A stretch of DNA of 64,000 nt from an uncultured Thermodesulfobacteriota bacterium (GTDB lineage Bacteria; Desulfobacterota; WTBG01), in NCBI GenBank assembly GCA_964580455.1, contig CAZOKO010000001.1, forward strand, positions 2,992 to 66,991, written 5' to 3'. This document shows, one piece after another, positions 41,907-51,356 of the stretch (positions are counted from its first letter, which is position 1; the number at the start of each line of letters is the position of its first letter). The notes beneath the pieces were generated by a model. It ran no database searches, had not been told where the DNA came from, and saw only the letters and a program-made list of their open reading frames with translations. The position numbers and the translations under genes were made by a program.

Positions 41907-42250
41907 AAAACAATACCTTCCCTTTGAATATTTTGACATAGTGGCATTGCATTATATAATGTAGAGTTCCAATCTTTTTCCCTCATCAGAATAACAGTTA
42001 ATACAGCCCCTGTTTCAAGCTCTATTGAAAATAACTGCCGACGGAAAACATCCTCTCTATCAATGGTGACTTCACCATCTGTTAAAATAAGCAAATCATA
42101 ATCTGATTCTGGTTCAGCATCTCCTCTTGCTCTCGAACCATAAAGAATAATTTTTGCAGAAGATTCAATGTTTTTGATAGCATTGCGAGATCTTTCCAAT
42201 ATATCCATTTCTAATTTATTTATAGCCTTATGGTCTTTCAGTTGTTTCAT
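41903..42250 (-). CDS. Minimal nucleotidyltransferase (TA pair 2)
   Basis: ILYGS-RARGDAEPES-DYD. Confidence 0.9.
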   Translation of the reverse strand: MKQLKDHKAINKLEMDILERSRNAIKNIESSAKIILYGSRARGDAEPESDYDLLILTDGEVTIDREDVFRRQLFSIELETGAVLTVILMREKDWNSTLYNAMPLCQNIQREGIVL

Positions 42251-42270
42251 ATTTTAACCAACTTACAAAC

Positions 42271-42373
42271 AACCACTAAGGTCACTAAAGACACAAAGTG
42301 TTAAAATGTTTAGCCACAGATTGCACGGATTTTTACAGGATTTTCTTTTTACTTCTTCGTGTGCTTCGTGGTT
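42271..42373. repeat. Inter-cassette 9-bp-period repeat with inverted end
   Basis: AACCACTAAGGTCACTAAAG..AAAGTGTTAAAAT..TAGCCACAGATTGCACGGAT..CTTCGTGTGCTTCGTGGTT. Confidence 0.85.
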
Positions 42374-42377
42374 AAGA

Positions 42378-42818
42378 TCAATCCTTTCTATCTTCACTTT
42401 CTCTTTCTAAAATTCCTTCCAGTAATTTTGAAACAAGAGGTTTGAGTTCGGCAAACATACTAATAGCCTCCCATCGGAAGTTAAGATATCTATGAGCAAG
42501 ACGATTCCTCTGAATAGCTAATTTAGATAACTTCTCCTGCTCTTCTTCAGAAAAATCAAAAATTCTCGCGCATTCTTTTAAAACCTGAGCATAATTCTCT
42601 ATGGGTATAGCTTCCTGAGTAAGTACAGTCCCACTTACTTCGATGAGTGCAGTTAAAATATTCTCTACGGTACGATCCATTAATTTCTGGAGTTTTTTAT
42701 CTTTCTGATAATCTTCCCAAGTCATAGAGACATAATCTTCATCAAACTCCTTCATCTCTTGAGAGATGAACTGTAATGACTCAATTATCCTCCCCACTGC
42801 ATATCTAAATTCTGGCAT
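42378..42818 (-). CDS. HepT-like DUF86 HEPN ribonuclease toxin (TA pair 3)
   Basis: RNRLAHRY fits the R-X4-H-X-Y motif. Confidence 0.88.
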   Translation of the reverse strand: MPEFRYAVGRIIESLQFISQEMKEFDEDYVSMTWEDYQKDKKLQKLMDRTVENILTALIEVSGTVLTQEAIPIENYAQVLKECARIFDFSEEEQEKLSKLAIQRNRLAHRYLNFRWEAISMFAELKPLVSKLLEGILERESEDRKD

Positions 42819-42821
42819 ACA

Positions 42822-43256
42822 TTATCTCCTCATATTTTCTCTAGCTATTTCTAATTGCCAGGGAATACCAAAAATGCAAAAGTCTTCCATTTGAAAAATA
42901 GCTGATATTTTTAAATCAAGGTATCTTTTCTCATCCCTGATGAACAAAGGCTTTCCTAAAACAATGGCATTATAATAAAGCATGGGCTTACGGAAATCTT
43001 CAAAAACAGGGATGACGTTTACCTCCTGATTCAAACTCGTACTCAATTCATAAGAAATATCCGTAATCAATTGAAAATATTCCTCTTGCCTAATACTAGA
43101 GGAAAAGACTATAGCTAAATCTATATCTGATTCTCTGTGAGGGTATCCAGTTGCCCAGGAACCATAGAGAAAAGCCATGTCTATACCATATTGTGAGGAT
43201 TTTTTTTTAAAAAAGTCTTTTAATTCCAAAATGATTTCTTCTGCTGTATTTTTCAT
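42822..43256 (-). CDS. MntA-like adenylyltransferase antitoxin (TA pair 3)
   Basis: FLYGS-WATGYPHRES-DID. Confidence 0.88.
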   Translation of the reverse strand: MKNTAEEIILELKDFFKKKSSQYGIDMAFLYGSWATGYPHRESDIDLAIVFSSSIRQEEYFQLITDISYELSTSLNQEVNVIPVFEDFRKPMLYYNAIVLGKPLFIRDEKRYLDLKISAIFQMEDFCIFGIPWQLEIARENMRR

Positions 43257-43301
43257 TTAACTTAAGGACACTCCTTAAACAACGTCTAAAAATAAATCCT
43301 C

Positions 43302-43609
43302 GAAGCTCACGAAGTGTTGAAATATTTCTAGCCACAGATTTTCACAAGAAGGTATTTACAAAAACGCAAACTCCCCTACGGCTTCAATAACTGAAAAAGT
43401 TCTGTTTTTTAAATAGCTAATTCTTTATATCTAAAATCTTAATAATCTGCGTTTATCTGCGTCCGAGAAATAAATTTCTTATAGTATAAATTGTGTGTTC
43501 AATTATTGAACATTATAAACTAATATCGGAATATGTCAAGATTTCCTTTAACTTTTTGTAGTTATTTACCACAGAGAACACTGAGATCATAAATTGAAAC
43601 CACGAAGTT
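43302..43609. repeat. ~310-bp direct repeat, copy B
   Basis: Colinear with 40261-40590, with two short indels in the nonamer part. Confidence 0.92.
43496..43539 (-). promoter_or_regulatory. Consensus promoter and palindrome inside repeat B, facing the TA array
   Basis: TTGACA-N16-TATAAT; TGTTCA-ATTAT-TGAACA at 43496-43512. Confidence 0.8.
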
Positions 43610-43688
43610 CCTTTACGGGATAACAGGATAAACAAGATGCTAACTTCATTCGCCCTACGGGCTACTTCCGTTAGCATCATTATCTTCC

Positions 43689-44210
43689 TTACACCTCATC
43701 CCCTGGAGGGTATACAGATTCGGAAACATTATAAATGCCCCATTCACTCTCATCCCATATCACCTCATCTTCTTTACAAAAATCCGGTTTATCTTTCTTA
43801 GCAAAAACAAAATAACAAGTCATCCCTCTCCTTTTTGGGTCAAGCAGAGAAAATTCCTTCATATCTTGTGAGTTTAAAAAGTGTACCTTTCGAGGTAGCA
43901 CTATCTTATATGCGTGAGCCAAAGAAAATCGAGGGTTAATAAAATATACCACACCGTTTTCCCCGCTGTTATCCTTCACAAAATACATAAGCTTATAAAC
44001 CTTGCGTAAACGCTCCGTATTAGGATTATCCTTGCTTCCTTCCGATAATAATATTTCCCTCTCAGATGTACCCCAGTGACTTATCATAAAAGAAAAGCGA
44101 GGGTATAAAAAAACAATGGATAGTAAAATGATGTTACCTACTGCAATAACATATAAAAACATCTTTATAAATAAACTATAATTGGCTTTTCTTACTAAAG
44201 AAGTAGACAA
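43689..44210 (-). CDS. Hypothetical membrane-anchored protein
   Basis: One N-terminal TM; tightly spaced after the upstream gene. Confidence 0.6.
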   Translation of the reverse strand: MSTSLVRKANYSLFIKMFLYVIAVGNIILLSIVFLYPRFSFMISHWGTSEREILLSEGSKDNPNTERLRKVYKLMYFVKDNSGENGVVYFINPRFSLAHAYKIVLPRKVHFLNSQDMKEFSLLDPKRRGMTCYFVFAKKDKPDFCKEDEVIWDESEWGIYNVSESVYPPGDEV

Positions 44211-44212
44211 TT

Positions 44213-45862
44213 TTATTCCTCAAATGCCTTTTGAATTCTTCTGGATATGGCAAAGAAAAAGATGATAACAGGATAAATAGGAAGGAGCCCTCTAATCTGA
44301 GCACTGTTTATTACCTTACCAGGATGATAAACAATAGTTTTTAAAAATTCTACCAGATCATAACTCCAATTAAGCATAGAGTATCCTTTAGGATAAAGAG
44401 AGAAGTAGAACCAACCGCATATAATAATATTTAATATTAAAAACGAGAGTATAAAGATAAATAAATAAGCATGTTCTCTTATAATATTTTTGTATTTTAT
44501 TAAAGGTAATAGCACTATCAGAACTGAGGTTGGGAGAAAAAATACATTGCCAAATATAAATATGATTGATCTCATAGCTAATGTCTTTACAAAAAAGAGA
44601 AATTGACTGACAAAATCTAAATTATTTTGAACATTTTGAGGAATGAAAGCATATACAATTAGAAGAATAGCTAAACTTAACCCTATCACTTTCATCAGGG
44701 TAAAAATTCGTTTTTCATATTTATCAACGAAATTTATGAGACTACTACAGCTTTTTTTCTTTAGGATAATGTTGGAAGATACTATAATAACTATTATTAA
44801 AATGATTATAGCTAGAGAGAATAGCTGATAGGTTTCACCGGGAACTAATGTATAACTAGAAAAAAAAGACCAGAGAAAAGATATAAATAAAGAAGGTAAA
44901 GCCAGGTACAATAGATTCTTTGAAAGATGATATCTTAGTGAATAGAGAGCCGTAAGAATTAACGGTATAAGAAAATATACCAACATCTCAAATCTGGTGA
45001 AAATGGAGAGGCTATAAAATACACCTGCAAGTAGTGGATGAGAATAATTGATCCTAGCCTCATTTCCTGATTCGGAAATATCGCTCAGATGAGAAAACCA
45101 AAATAGTGTTGCAATAGAAAAATAATACGCTGCTGTTAAATTGAGGATACCTAAAAAACTATGCCACCAGATATAAGGAGTGGTAGCAAGAATTAATGTG
45201 AAAATTAAGGATGTTTTTTTATTTATCTCTAAAGCAATTAGCCTAAAATAAAAGCATAATACTAATGATAAGTAGAAAAGTGAAAAAATAATCTTTGGAT
45301 GTGTCCCACCGAGAAAATATACAAAAGAGTATGATAAGGGGATAAGTGGAGGATATGGCATGAAATAGTTTTCGGGTTCAATGGCTCTATTTACAGCCAT
45401 TAACTTACCTGTAGCTTCATAACCTATTCCATCGGCAATCATAATAGGATAATAGTATGAAAATATTAAACTGACTATAAATAGAGGAAGAACGGCGAGA
45501 TACAATTTGTAATTCAACTGCGAAAACCAACTGCCCTCAGAGAATATAGTCCTCTTGCTCAAATGATTCAAACGGGTGGCATCCAACTTCCCTATCACAC
45601 CCCTGACAACAAAAAGCACTATTGAGATTAAAAGTATTAAAATAATTAACTGTGTTTTAGAATTCAAAAAGTTAAAGCAAAGCATCAGAAACACTAGCAG
45701 CGAAGTAAATCCAATCCCCATGCCATAAGACAAACTCAATTTCTCTTCAAAAGCTAAATCAGATGCAAGCAAATCCAGCAAGAAATACCCTATTACAATA
45801 AGCAACAAAAAACTAATCGTTAAAACCATCTGGCTACCTATTCTTAAGTAGGTATAGGACAA
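44213..45862 (-). CDS. Polytopic membrane protein, possibly a GT-C glycosyltransferase
   Basis: Many TMs, loop ADGIGY, YPPL.P, TRFE; glycan locus context. Confidence 0.6.
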   Translation of the reverse strand: MSYTYLRIGSQMVLTISFLLLIVIGYFLLDLLASDLAFEEKLSLSYGMGIGFTSLLVFLMLCFNFLNSKTQLIILILLISIVLFVVRGVIGKLDATRLNHLSKRTIFSEGSWFSQLNYKLYLAVLPLFIVSLIFSYYYPIMIADGIGYEATGKLMAVNRAIEPENYFMPYPPLIPLSYSFVYFLGGTHPKIIFSLFYLSLVLCFYFRLIALEINKKTSLIFTLILATTPYIWWHSFLGILNLTAAYYFSIATLFWFSHLSDISESGNEARINYSHPLLAGVFYSLSIFTRFEMLVYFLIPLILTALYSLRYHLSKNLLYLALPSLFISFLWSFFSSYTLVPGETYQLFSLAIIILIIVIIVSSNIILKKKSCSSLINFVDKYEKRIFTLMKVIGLSLAILLIVYAFIPQNVQNNLDFVSQFLFFVKTLAMRSIIFIFGNVFFLPTSVLIVLLPLIKYKNIIREHAYLFIFILSFLILNIIICGWFYFSLYPKGYSMLNWSYDLVEFLKTIVYHPGKVINSAQIRGLLPIYPVIIFFFAISRRIQKAFEE

Positions 45863-46085
45863 TCATTATTTATAATATTTTTCTGTTTTTCCTTTAAATC
45901 ACACCTGCAATTTCACTCACGAGATCCAACATAATATAGCTTTGAATAAAACATCTATTAACCATTTTTCGCCAATGTGAAGCTTGCTACCCCGAGGGCG
46001 AGGTTTCCTGGAATTAATTCTATTGTTTGCAAAACATACCTTTTGATCCAACTGCCCTGATATAGTTATTCCTCCCCTGAAAACT

Positions 46086-47507
46086 TTATCCCCATAACAT
46101 ACCTATTGCAAGGTTTGCCTTTGTCATCAAATCACCCCAAGAGCGGATTTTCAGCGCTTCCTTAAAGATATATTTTGGTCGCATATAAAAATCCTTGTAT
46201 GCCTTTTTTAAAATACTAACCAGCTCCTCTCGAGGTAATGTATTGGGTAAGGTGGGGGGGACAAAATCAGGCTGTGGTGATTTCGCAAACTCCTGCCAAT
46301 AATCAGAATAATACAGCCCATTGTGAAGCGCTTCAATGTAAAGAGGTGTTCCAGGGAATGGAGTTAAAATTGCAAAATGGGCATAATCCGGATTAAGTTC
46401 AAGTGCAAAATCAAAGGTTTCCTGCATCTGAGAGCGCGTTTCATTAGGACAGCCAAACATAAAATACCCCAGAGTTTCAATGCCTGCTTCATGTGCATCA
46501 TGAAAAGCTTTAATGGCAAGTTTTCGTGTAATTCCCTTTTTTAATACCTTCATCATTTCCGAACTTCCCGTTTCAACTCCAAAGTGGATTCGTGTACAAC
46601 CTGCACGTTTCGCCAATTCAAGCATATCACTACTAACATCATTTACTCTTGCACGAATATCCCATTCAATTTGAATATTCTTTTGTAAAATCATTTCACA
46701 GATTTCATAAACTCGATCTCTTTTAATTGTAAATGTATCATCGTAAAAGATGATCTCTCGAATCCCAAGTTCGAGCACCTGTTCAATTTCATTTACAACA
46801 TACCGTGGTGAGTGAAAACGAAATTTCTTTCCAAGGTTTGGCCGATCACAAAAAATGCATTTATAAGGACATCCTCTTGAGGAAAAAGCGGTAGTCACAT
46901 AATGTTCTCCTGAATCTCTTGTGGACAAAATCGAGTGATAAAACCTGTAATCAAGCAAACGTCGGTTCGGCACAGGCAACTCATCAAGATCTGCAATAAA
47001 ATCGTCGGTTGGATTACATTTGATCTGATTCTCTTCTTTCCAGTATAACCCCGGAACCAAATTATATTCTCTCCTGTTTTCAGCCAATAAATTGACCAAC
47101 TTTGCAAACGGTTTTTCTCCTTCTCCTTTCAACACAAAGGTAACACCAGGGATGTTTATGGTTTCTTTGGGATAAATCGCCAAGTGGGGACCACCCAGTA
47201 CGATCGAGGCAGTGGGATTCTCCATACGAATCGCTTTCACAGTCTTTATAACATCAATCATAGCAAAGGTGACGGCAGTAATCCCTACAACGTCATAATC
47301 TCTTGCTACATTCGCTACTTTTGCATAATCTGCATCATAAATAGCTGCATCATAAATTTTAACAGAATGGTTTGTATTCTTTTCAAGATAAGATGCAATG
47401 TACAACAGTCCCAATGGAGGTAAAAACGTTGTTTTCTGTTGCAAAAACTCCGGGACATTTGATGTAATAGTATAATTATTCGGAGGATTAACCAGAATTA
47501 CTTTCAT
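46086..47507 (-). CDS. B12-binding radical SAM protein
   Basis: PPLGLLYIA, GGPH, SRGCPYKCIFC, DDTF, GVETGS. Confidence 0.9.
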   Translation of the reverse strand: MKVILVNPPNNYTITSNVPEFLQQKTTFLPPLGLLYIASYLEKNTNHSVKIYDAAIYDADYAKVANVARDYDVVGITAVTFAMIDVIKTVKAIRMENPTASIVLGGPHLAIYPKETINIPGVTFVLKGEGEKPFAKLVNLLAENRREYNLVPGLYWKEENQIKCNPTDDFIADLDELPVPNRRLLDYRFYHSILSTRDSGEHYVTTAFSSRGCPYKCIFCDRPNLGKKFRFHSPRYVVNEIEQVLELGIREIIFYDDTFTIKRDRVYEICEMILQKNIQIEWDIRARVNDVSSDMLELAKRAGCTRIHFGVETGSSEMMKVLKKGITRKLAIKAFHDAHEAGIETLGYFMFGCPNETRSQMQETFDFALELNPDYAHFAILTPFPGTPLYIEALHNGLYYSDYWQEFAKSPQPDFVPPTLPNTLPREELVSILKKAYKDFYMRPKYIFKEALKIRSWGDLMTKANLAIGMLWG

Positions 47508-47624
47508 AATATACACAATCAACCCCAAAAAGTTATCATCCTATTTTCCAAATGAAAGAATACTTTTCATTATTGGCAATATAGTTTTACAGATTAACAT
47601 ATTATTTATAAAAAATAGAGCTTA

Positions 47625-48209
47625 TCATTTCCTCTCAAAAATATATAATTTATTTAAAAACTGGAATTTAACTTTTTTGATCAATTTGAATCCACATCCG
47701 ATCAACAAATTCATTATATATTCACGCTTTAGACCTTCTTCTTCACCTTCTTTTTTTTCTCTTCCTTCCTCGATTTTATCAATCCAGAACATTCTATGCC
47801 TTACTTTCCCTATTATTGGTTCAAGATTTGTTATAATGACTCTTCCATAACTTTTTAAAATTCTATCCACTTCTGTTATCACTTCCTTCCGATTTGGAAT
47901 GTGATTAAAACTAGCTACAAATGCGACAGTATCAAAAGCATTCTCTTTAAACGGTAATTTAGATGGGTCTTCAATTATGATTGCCCCTCCACTAAAATCA
48001 AAAACATCTACACCAACACTACCGTTCCCATATTTTTTCACCAGAATGTTAGGCCCACATCCAACATCTAATAATCTACCTTTTGCAAATTTTATAACTA
48101 TCTCATTGCGCTCATCGCGAATCGACTTTAAGCCAATTTTACTAGTAAATTCATGAGGCATAGATAATCTTAGAGGAAGGAAAATTTTATTTATAATACC
48201 GTATATCAC
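47625..48209 (-). CDS. Class I SAM methyltransferase
   Basis: LLDVGCG, LPF...FD, SFNHIP. Confidence 0.82.
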   Translation of the reverse strand: MIYGIINKIFLPLRLSMPHEFTSKIGLKSIRDERNEIVIKFAKGRLLDVGCGPNILVKKYGNGSVGVDVFDFSGGAIIIEDPSKLPFKENAFDTVAFVASFNHIPNRKEVITEVDRILKSYGRVIITNLEPIIGKVRHRMFWIDKIEEGREKKEGEEEGLKREYIMNLLIGCGFKLIKKVKFQFLNKLYIFERK

Positions 48210-48284
48210 ATCCTATTACCCCTCTACTTTTGACTCTATTATTTAAACCTAACGGGATATTCTGGATTATTCTCTTCAAGACTT

Positions 48285-49154
48285 TTATTCATTAATGCGC
48301 CGCATCAGAGATATTTGATCAGCAATCAGCCCAAAGAAAAAAATATTCAAGCCAGAAATGGTTGCAAAGAGAGCACCTTTCGGGAATGAGAGAAAATAAA
48401 CAATTCCGTAAATTGAATATACAAGACCAACAAATAACATGGTTAAACCAATAGGAGCAAATATTTTTAATGGATTGAATAACATGATAATTCTTAATAT
48501 CAAAAGTAAAGTTTTAAGTCCGTCATTTGCTGTAACCAGACTTTTACCCCCAGTTCTTTTTCCTACATCTATTGGCACAAAGGTCACATTGTAGGCTGCT
48601 TTAATGAAAGCCAGTGTCATAGTAGCTGTAATAGAAAATCCGTTTGGATACAAATGTATAAATTCCATGAAAATATCTTTTCTCACAGCGCGAAACCCCG
48701 AGTTCAAATCAGGGATTTTTTTATTAACAAGATATTCCGCTGTGTGTTTCAATATCCATTTCCCAAAACTGCGAACAGCAGGCCATCTTCTTCCTCCTCG
48801 CTCTCCAACGACCATATCAAATACACTCATTTTCTCAACAAGGCGGTTTATATCATTAACTGAATGCTGACCGTCAGCATCCATCATAACAACAATATCT
48901 GTGCTGGCCAAACGAACTCCAGTCTTGATTGCCGCACCATAGCCTTTATTATATGGATGATTTATAATTTTAATTATTCCATTTTCAGAACTATTCTTAA
49001 ACTCTTCTAAAATAGTACGGCTTTCATCAGTAGATCCGTCATTTACGAAAACCAATTCAAAATCCTGTGAATCGAGGAAGTGTTTTAAACATTGTAGAAC
49101 GTCAGGCAATGTCTTTTCTTCATTGTAAACAGCTATAACAACTGTGTAATTCAT
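48285..49154 (-). CDS. GT2, polyprenol-phosphate sugar synthase-like
   Basis: YNEE, NDGSTD, N.GYG.A, MDADGQH, DLNSGFR, C-terminal TMs. Confidence 0.88.
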   Translation of the reverse strand: MNYTVVIAVYNEEKTLPDVLQCLKHFLDSQDFELVFVNDGSTDESRTILEEFKNSSENGIIKIINHPYNKGYGAAIKTGVRLASTDIVVMMDADGQHSVNDINRLVEKMSVFDMVVGERGGRRWPAVRSFGKWILKHTAEYLVNKKIPDLNSGFRAVRKDIFMEFIHLYPNGFSITATMTLAFIKAAYNVTFVPIDVGKRTGGKSLVTANDGLKTLLLILRIIMLFNPLKIFAPIGLTMLFVGLVYSIYGIVYFLSFPKGALFATISGLNIFFFGLIADQISLMRRINE

Positions 49155-49277
49155 AACGTATTTACCCCCCCTTTTTACTACTTATGTAAACTCTCAGTTT
49201 TAACCATATTTTATTGCCTTTCAAATTTATCTCCATGCCAAATGGCATCTACTCATCTCTAAGATTCATATTAGTCA

Positions 49278-50417
49278 CTATACAAGTGCTTGATAAATTT
49301 CCACATACTTGTCAATAATACCATCCCACGCAAAATCATTCTTAACCAGTTCTTTAATATGTTTACCACATTTACCCCTCACCTGTTCATCAAGTAAAAC
49401 CTTAACTCTGTCTGCAAGTATGGAAGGGTTATCAAATTCTACCAGATAACCAGTCTCCCCATCTCTAATCAGTTCCCTGGCAATCCCAACCGGGGTTGAA
49501 ATAACAGGCAGGCCTGCAGCCGCTGCTTCCAGAATAGGCTGTCCAAAACTCTCATACTTTGATGCGTAAACAAAAATATCGGCAGAACAGTAGCACTCTA
49601 CTAGCGCATCACCAAATTGAGGTCCTGAAAAGTGTACTCTATCACCAACTCCCAACTGACTTGCCAGTTCAATCAATTCCTTAAGATATCCTCCCCTGGA
49701 GACACTGCTGGTCTTTTCCTCAGATCCAACCAGAGTGAGCTCTACTCCACCATTAATCTCCTTCAAAGCCCTTATCAGATTTTCCACTCTGCGATTCCTG
49801 GCAATCCTACCCACGAATAGCAATGTCACGCTGTCTTTTTCTTTACTATCAGTCACCTCATATCTATCAACATCGATGCCTGCCGGAATCAACCTCAACT
49901 TCTCTTCACTAATGCCAAACTCTATCGCATCCTCATATTCAACCCGACTTGAAACAACTACCAGATCAGCTCTTCTGGCTGTGAGCTTGAGGGTTAAAAG
50001 GTCATAAATAGCGTAGGGCAATCGGTCAAGCTTTCCTTCAAGATATCTTCTGTAACCCAGCAATGAGCCATGGGTACTGAGTATAAAAGGTTTCCTCTTT
50101 AATACAGAAAAAAAAAGACCCAGGTCGGCCTGAAAATTACGGTAATTATGGCTGTGAATCAGGTCAAAATCCTTAAACCCTTTAATCATTCCCAGACTGA
50201 TGCAATATCTCATCAATCGAAATTGATTACTATAGCGGGTAACCTTAATACCCTTAAAATCTTCTCTGCAGGGAAGGTTGTTATCAACATCACAATAGGT
50301 AGTTAAAACAGGGGAGCGAAAACCTCTTTGCTCTAGTTCCTGGGAAATCCTAAATGCCTGATTTGTAGGACCAGTGACATAGGGATAAAAGGTTTCTATG
50401 GTTCGAAGAATATTCAT
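49278..50417 (-). CDS. Glycosyltransferase family 4
   Basis: FVGRI, ESFGQPILEAAAAGLPVI. Confidence 0.9.
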   Translation of the reverse strand: MNILRTIETFYPYVTGPTNQAFRISQELEQRGFRSPVLTTYCDVDNNLPCREDFKGIKVTRYSNQFRLMRYCISLGMIKGFKDFDLIHSHNYRNFQADLGLFFSVLKRKPFILSTHGSLLGYRRYLEGKLDRLPYAIYDLLTLKLTARRADLVVVSSRVEYEDAIEFGISEEKLRLIPAGIDVDRYEVTDSKEKDSVTLLFVGRIARNRRVENLIRALKEINGGVELTLVGSEEKTSSVSRGGYLKELIELASQLGVGDRVHFSGPQFGDALVECYCSADIFVYASKYESFGQPILEAAAAGLPVISTPVGIARELIRDGETGYLVEFDNPSILADRVKVLLDEQVRGKCGKHIKELVKNDFAWDGIIDKYVEIYQALV

Positions 50418-50531
50418 CTTAATAGCTCAGCTATTTTTTAGACAGGATAACAGGATTGACAAGATAATTTCTAAAATGGAGGTTGCGTTGCTCGTATCGT
50501 CTAAAAGAATCTGAAAAAACATCTATCTGCG

Positions 50532-50635
50532 TTTACCCCGTTAGATAAAATTTCAGAATGTACCGCATTATACATTTTTGTCTTGAATTGTTTGAAACAT
50601 ACATAAAACCTATGCTGATTATCTAACGGGGTGAA
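50532..50635. mobile_element. ~104-bp MITE-like element with 17-bp terminal IRs
   Basis: TTTACCCCGTTAGATAA / TTATCTAACGGGGTGAA (16/17 complementary); interrupts an ATCTGCGTTT-ATCTGCGTCC motif. Confidence 0.7.
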
Positions 50636-50659
50636 TCTGCGTCCAAAAATTGATTTCAA

Positions 50660-51238
50660 TTAAATTAAAATCAATTTCTCCTCTGTTACTCCTAAATCCC
50701 TAGCTTTTTTACAAATTTTTTCTTTGGAGGTCAAGGCAACAACTATCACCCGATCAAAATCAAAATCTTTAATTGACTCAACAGATTTAACCTTCTTTCC
50801 AAAGAAGTTTTTCCCCGTTTTAAAATCATCCACTACAGCTACTAAATCAAGTTTTGTTTCTTGTAAAGAAAGGTACGCAATTTCAGCAATCTCACCAGCT
50901 CCATAAAAAATAATCCTTTTAACCTTCTCCTTTTCTATTGCCAAAAAAACATTATTAAGTCTTAATCTCAAATCCTTATAGAAATTGAAGGAAAATTTCA
51001 TATACTCATAGGTAAGTTTGCTTTTCTCTGCTATTCCTTTGGGAGTCAAATTATAGATAATGCGGTTCTTGGGCATGGTATCCACCATGATATACCCTTT
51101 CTTGATTAACCTTTTTAGATACAAATTGGTTAATCCAAGGGCAATACCCAGCTTCCCGGATAGTTTTCTCTGGGTAAGGCTCTGGTCTTCTGAAACTTCC
51201 TCTAAGATACGATATGTTCGATGTGCTTCATTATCCAT
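50660..51238 (-). CDS. Winged-helix (MarR-type, EPS-associated-like) regulator with C-terminal Rossmann-like domain
   Basis: TQRKLSGKLGIALGLTN..LK.L.KKG, YNLTPKGI.EK, C-terminal IFYGAGE; ATG 51238 lies downstream of the promoter. Confidence 0.85.
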   Translation of the reverse strand: MDNEAHRTYRILEEVSEDQSLTQRKLSGKLGIALGLTNLYLKRLIKKGYIMVDTMPKNRIIYNLTPKGIAEKSKLTYEYMKFSFNFYKDLRLRLNNVFLAIEKEKVKRIIFYGAGEIAEIAYLSLQETKLDLVAVVDDFKTGKNFFGKKVKSVESIKDFDFDRVIVVALTSKEKICKKARDLGVTEEKLILI

Positions 51239-51252
51239 AAACAGTTCCAATA

Positions 51253-51296
51253 TGTTCAATTTATGAACACTCTAACACAAAAAAAATACCTGTCAA
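51253..51296 (-). promoter_or_regulatory. Regulator promoter with overlapping TGTTCA-N5-TGAACA palindrome
   Basis: TTGACA-N16-TAGAGT with a TGn extension; palindrome at 51253-51269. Confidence 0.78.
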
Positions 51297-51356
51297 GAAA
51301 TTTCCATGAGATTGCTTCTCTCCGTTTGCATTGATATTCCAAATGAACAACTTATA

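Noticed and set aside
40255-43609. CRISPR array or integron attC array
   Set aside because: Repeats are degenerate and separated by whole genes; no cas or intI gene, and no clear RYYYAAC..GTTRRRY boxes.
45863-46085. Possible IS end or gene remnant near GCTACCCCGAGGGCGAGG
   Set aside because: Too short and imperfect; no second copy or convincing translation found.
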